Of a stretch of DNA of 32,000 nucleotides, positions 28,907 to 32,000 are shown piece by piece. The notes under the pieces were generated by a model, which was given only the letters and a program-made list of their open reading frames with translations, did not search any database and had not been told where the DNA came from. Within the stretch, counting starts at the first letter, position 1, and the number at the start of each line of letters is the position of its first letter. Source of the DNA: Wolbachia endosymbiont of Cimex lectularius (GTDB lineage: Bacteria > Pseudomonadota > Alphaproteobacteria > Rickettsiales > Anaplasmataceae); NCBI RefSeq assembly GCF_000829315.1, contig NZ_AP013028.1, forward strand, positions 930,001-962,000, read 5' to 3'. The position numbers were made by a program, and so were the translations under genes.

Positions 28907-29099
28907 CTTGATGTCTAATCCTCTTTTCTTTATACCGTTCGTCAGCGATTTTAGATAATTCTATATCTTCAATTTCCTCTTCCATTAACTCAGTTAATAG
29001 TTTTAAAACAGATTTGTTTTGAGACTGGGCTACACTAGTGAGCAAACTATTCAACTGATCTTCAGGATTTACACAAGCTTTAGAATTCATATTAATCAT
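28890..29099 (-). CDS. RelB-like antitoxin
   Basis: 69 aa, upstream of and overlapping the toxin by 17 bp; ends EEEIEDIELSKIADERYKEKRIRHQDVFWD. Confidence 0.75.
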   Translation of the reverse strand: MINMNSKACVNPEDQLNSLLTSVAQSQNKSVLKLLTELMEEEIEDIELSKIADERYKEKRIRHQDVFWD

Positions 29100-29364
29100 A
29101 TACTATAACTTATTACATTTTAACATTTTTATGCAATTTTGTCAACTATATCAAATCTCTAAAACTGTTTGTAATAATGAGCATCAACTACACGCTTAAG
29201 CGTTGCTTTTTCAGCTGGTTTCCAACCACCAAAACCAAGCTCTTTAAACGCTAACTGTTCGACCTGCTAATAATAGGAATTGATATTATACTGCCACAAA
29301 TGTATAGATCTTTTGCCTTATCGTTGTTATAATTAATACCTTGCTAAAAATTGAACATTAATAA

Positions 29365-30828
29365 ATGAATGAATTAAGAAAGCTGAGCATTACAGAGATG
29401 CACGATGGACTTAAACGGAAAGATTTTTCTGCTGTTGAACTTGTTGAGGCGCATATCAGCGCGGTAGAAAACGAGAAATTAAATGCATTTGTGACGAAAA
29501 CTCCAGAAATAGCAATAAAAGCCGCTAAAGCCGCAGATGAGCATTTTTCAAAACAAAAAAGTGATATGCCGCTCATGGGTATACCAGTTGGTGTTAAAGA
29601 TTTATTCTGCACAAAGGGAATAAAAACAACGGCATGCTCAAAAATGCTAGAAAACTTCGTTCCGACTTACGAATCTACAGTATCTGACTTGCTTTTAAAA
29701 AGTGGGGCGGTCATGCTCGGCAAGCTTAACATGGATGAATTTGCCATGGGCTCTGCGAACACAAATAGCTATTTCGGTTCTGTTGAAAATGTGTGGGCTA
29801 GAAAAAGTGATGGGGAAAAAGTTGTACCTGGTGGGTCATCTGGTGGATCCGCAGCATCGGTTGCTGGATTTTTATGCGCTGGAGCGCTCGGAAGTGACAC
29901 CGGTGGATCTGTGCGCCAGCCAGCAGCTTACTGTGGAGTAGTTGGAGCAAAGCCAACTTATGGAAGATGTTCGCGTTTTGGTATGATTGCATTTGCAAGT
30001 TCCCTGGACCAAGCAGGGGTCATTACTCGTTCCGTTTTTGACTCAGCATTAATGCTGGAAACGATTTGTGGCTATGACAGCAAAGATTCAACATCGAGTA
30101 AAAGGCCAGTGCCTAAATTTTCTAATTCTATAAACGGTAATGTCAAGGGTAAGCGCATTGGTATACCGAAAGAATATAGAATGGATGGAATTTCAGAAGA
30201 AATCGTCCATCATTGGGAAAAAGTTTCTTCCAATTTGAAAGAAAACGGTGCTGAAGTTATTGATATTACCTTGCCACACACTAAATATGCAATACCAGTC
30301 TATTATTTAATTTGTTCTGCTGAAGTTTCATCTAATCTTGCTCGTTATGATGGTGTGCGTTATGGATTCAGAGCTGATGCTGATACCCTCGAAGAAATGT
30401 ATTCACTAACAAGAGCAGAAGGTTTTGGAAAAGAGGTAAAAAGAAGAATCTTAATCGGTGCTTATGCACTTTTTTCAGGTCACTACAATGAATATTACGA
30501 AAAAGCACAATGTATTAGAGCATTAATCAGAAATGATTTTATAAAAGCATTTGAAAAAATAGATTACATACTCGTTCCATCTGCTCCAACAGAAGCTTTT
30601 GGCTTGAATGAAAAGCCAGATCCGCTAATTATGTGTATCAATGATGTCTTCACCGTACCAGCAAGTTTAGCTGGACTACCTGCTATTTCTGTTCCTGTTG
30701 GACTTTCCAATGAAGGTTTACCACTTGCTTTACAAGTAATTGGAAACTATTACGATGAAGCTGGAATATTGAATGTAGCAAATGTGATAGAGCAAAATTG
30801 TGGCAGAGTGATTGAACTGCATAGCTAG
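29365..30828 (+). CDS. gatA: Glutamyl-tRNA(Gln)/aspartyl-tRNA(Asn) amidotransferase subunit A
   Basis: 487 aa; GIPVGVKDLFCTKG, VVPGGSSGGSAASVAG, ALGSDTGGSVRQPAAYCGVVGAKPTYGRCSR. Confidence 0.98.
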   Translation: MNELRKLSITEMHDGLKRKDFSAVELVEAHISAVENEKLNAFVTKTPEIAIKAAKAADEHFSKQKSDMPLMGIPVGVKDLFCTKGIKTTACSKMLENFVPTYESTVSDLLLKSGAVMLGKLNMDEFAMGSANTNSYFGSVENVWARKSDGEKVVPGGSSGGSAASVAGFLCAGALGSDTGGSVRQPAAYCGVVGAKPTYGRCSRFGMIAFASSLDQAGVITRSVFDSALMLETICGYDSKDSTSSKRPVPKFSNSINGNVKGKRIGIPKEYRMDGISEEIVHHWEKVSSNLKENGAEVIDITLPHTKYAIPVYYLICSAEVSSNLARYDGVRYGFRADADTLEEMYSLTRAEGFGKEVKRRILIGAYALFSGHYNEYYEKAQCIRALIRNDFIKAFEKIDYILVPSAPTEAFGLNEKPDPLIMCINDVFTVPASLAGLPAISVPVGLSNEGLPLALQVIGNYYDEAGILNVANVIEQNCGRVIELHS

Positions 30829-30844
30829 TCGTTAGTATGTCTGC

Positions 30845-31774
30845 TCAAAGAGGAACAAGTTTGGCAAAAAATAATGATATTATTAGTGGAACGTAAAATA
30901 GTCCCACTGCAGTACTGATGAGAAGCAGCAAAGTAGCTCTATCTGGTTGATAATTTAAAATATTAGCAAGTACTACACTGGATCCAGAAACTGGAATAAT
31001 AGCTAACAACATCAGCGCTTTATATATACTCTCATCGTATATACCTGTGATATGTTTGTCTATCAGGACAATTCCCAAAACAAATAATGGCCAGAATACG
31101 TACTTTGCTGTAATAGTGGTTAAAGCGAGTTTCCAATCTATTTTAAAATTTGTAATTTGTGCAATACTCACTCCAAGTAGCACCATTCCTAATGTAATAA
31201 ATGTACTTCTAATATTCATCATAACATCTGTTAGAAAAGCAGGTATTTGTATATCGCATACACTCAAAAAGAAGCCCAGAATCATCGCATAGGACGAAGG
31301 AAGTCTGAACAACCTGAACATGCATTCTTTTGCGGTGTATATACCATTTGCAGCTATATAAAATCCTAAGCTATTTTCAAACAGTGCCATTCCTATATAA
31401 CAGACAACATATACAGACACCGAATCTTCATCAAACAAAGTCATAGCAATTGGCAAGCCAAAATAACCCATACTTGTACTGCCTGAGCTAAATGCCAATA
31501 TGTTTTTCGTGTTGTCCTTAAATAAAAAAGAAGAAAGATAATACACCGATAAGGACATAGTACTACCTATAAACCATATCAAAATCGGCAAAGAAATTAC
31601 TTTTAAATTGACCTCTGTATGAGATACTCCATACAGAATCACTATTGGATTAGCTATATAAAAGAGTATTTGAGATATAGTATTTCTATCAATCTTAAGG
31701 CATTTTCCTGCTAAATAACCAATAAGTATTGTAATATAAATAGGTAATATTTTGAGAAAAAGGGTAAAGAACAT
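30845..31774 (-). CDS. AEC family (auxin efflux carrier-like) transporter
   Basis: 309 aa, ~10 hydrophobic segments; ILPIYITILIGYLAGK, FSSGSTSMGYFGLPIAMTLF, TLGMVLLGVSIAQI. Confidence 0.85.
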   Translation of the reverse strand: MFFTLFLKILPIYITILIGYLAGKCLKIDRNTISQILFYIANPIVILYGVSHTEVNLKVISLPILIWFIGSTMSLSVYYLSSFLFKDNTKNILAFSSGSTSMGYFGLPIAMTLFDEDSVSVYVVCYIGMALFENSLGFYIAANGIYTAKECMFRLFRLPSSYAMILGFFLSVCDIQIPAFLTDVMMNIRSTFITLGMVLLGVSIAQITNFKIDWKLALTTITAKYVFWPLFVLGIVLIDKHITGIYDESIYKALMLLAIIPVSGSSVVLANILNYQPDRATLLLLISTAVGLFYVPLIISLFFAKLVPL

Positions 31775-32000
31775 ACTGCCTAATTATAATCCTTCTTGAT
31801 ACTTCCAACTGATAAATTGACATTAGATCTTAAGACATTATAAAAGTAAATAAAATTTATTTTCCAATTTACCCAACTCATAGTTATTTAAAAAGACCCA
31901 TTTAGTGCTAAGACCTGCTTTTACAAAGCATAAGAATGATATTTTTATGATAAAATTATGTTAAGTTTTTATAAAGCTTCTTGCATATCTTTCAATAGTG

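Noticed and set aside
1-32000. CRISPR arrays, rRNA operon, retron, or a clustered defence/biosynthetic system
   Set aside because: No regularly spaced direct repeats, no rRNA sequence, no reverse transcriptase and no multigene cluster of unknown intact genes were seen.

Overview
This 32 kb window looks like a Wolbachia-type (Rickettsiales) chromosome segment, judged from protein content, AT-richness, many ankyrin-type genes and dense IS/short-repeat decay.

Housekeeping genes supported from sequence:
- argD/dapC-like aminotransferase and coaD
- the conserved cluster rpsB-tsf-pyrH-frr-uppS-cdsA on the minus strand
- mnmA, lipB, dnaN, truA, ribE, smpB, lgt and gatA
- tRNA-Phe and tRNA-Asp

Accessory content:
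- Rpn/PD-(D/E)XK-type protein
- exported class-I glutamine-amidotransferase-like protein and exported LD-carboxypeptidase
- solitary HK97-type portal gene next to an ankyrin ORF
- three near-identical IS5-family elements of 860/861 bp
- gene remnants broken by those elements
- ankyrin/TM gene carrying two in-frame stops
- RelBE-like toxin-antitoxin pair
- family of 140-190 bp MITE-like palindromic elements whose hairpin stems show compensatory base changes

I found no convincing new multigene defence or biosynthetic system. The most interesting signals are:
- the covarying hairpin repeat family
- IS copy 2, which lacks matching target duplications and adjoins an orphan gene fragment, implying rearrangement
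- the transposase frame architecture: +1 shift plus a variable A-tract
- the orphan portal gene
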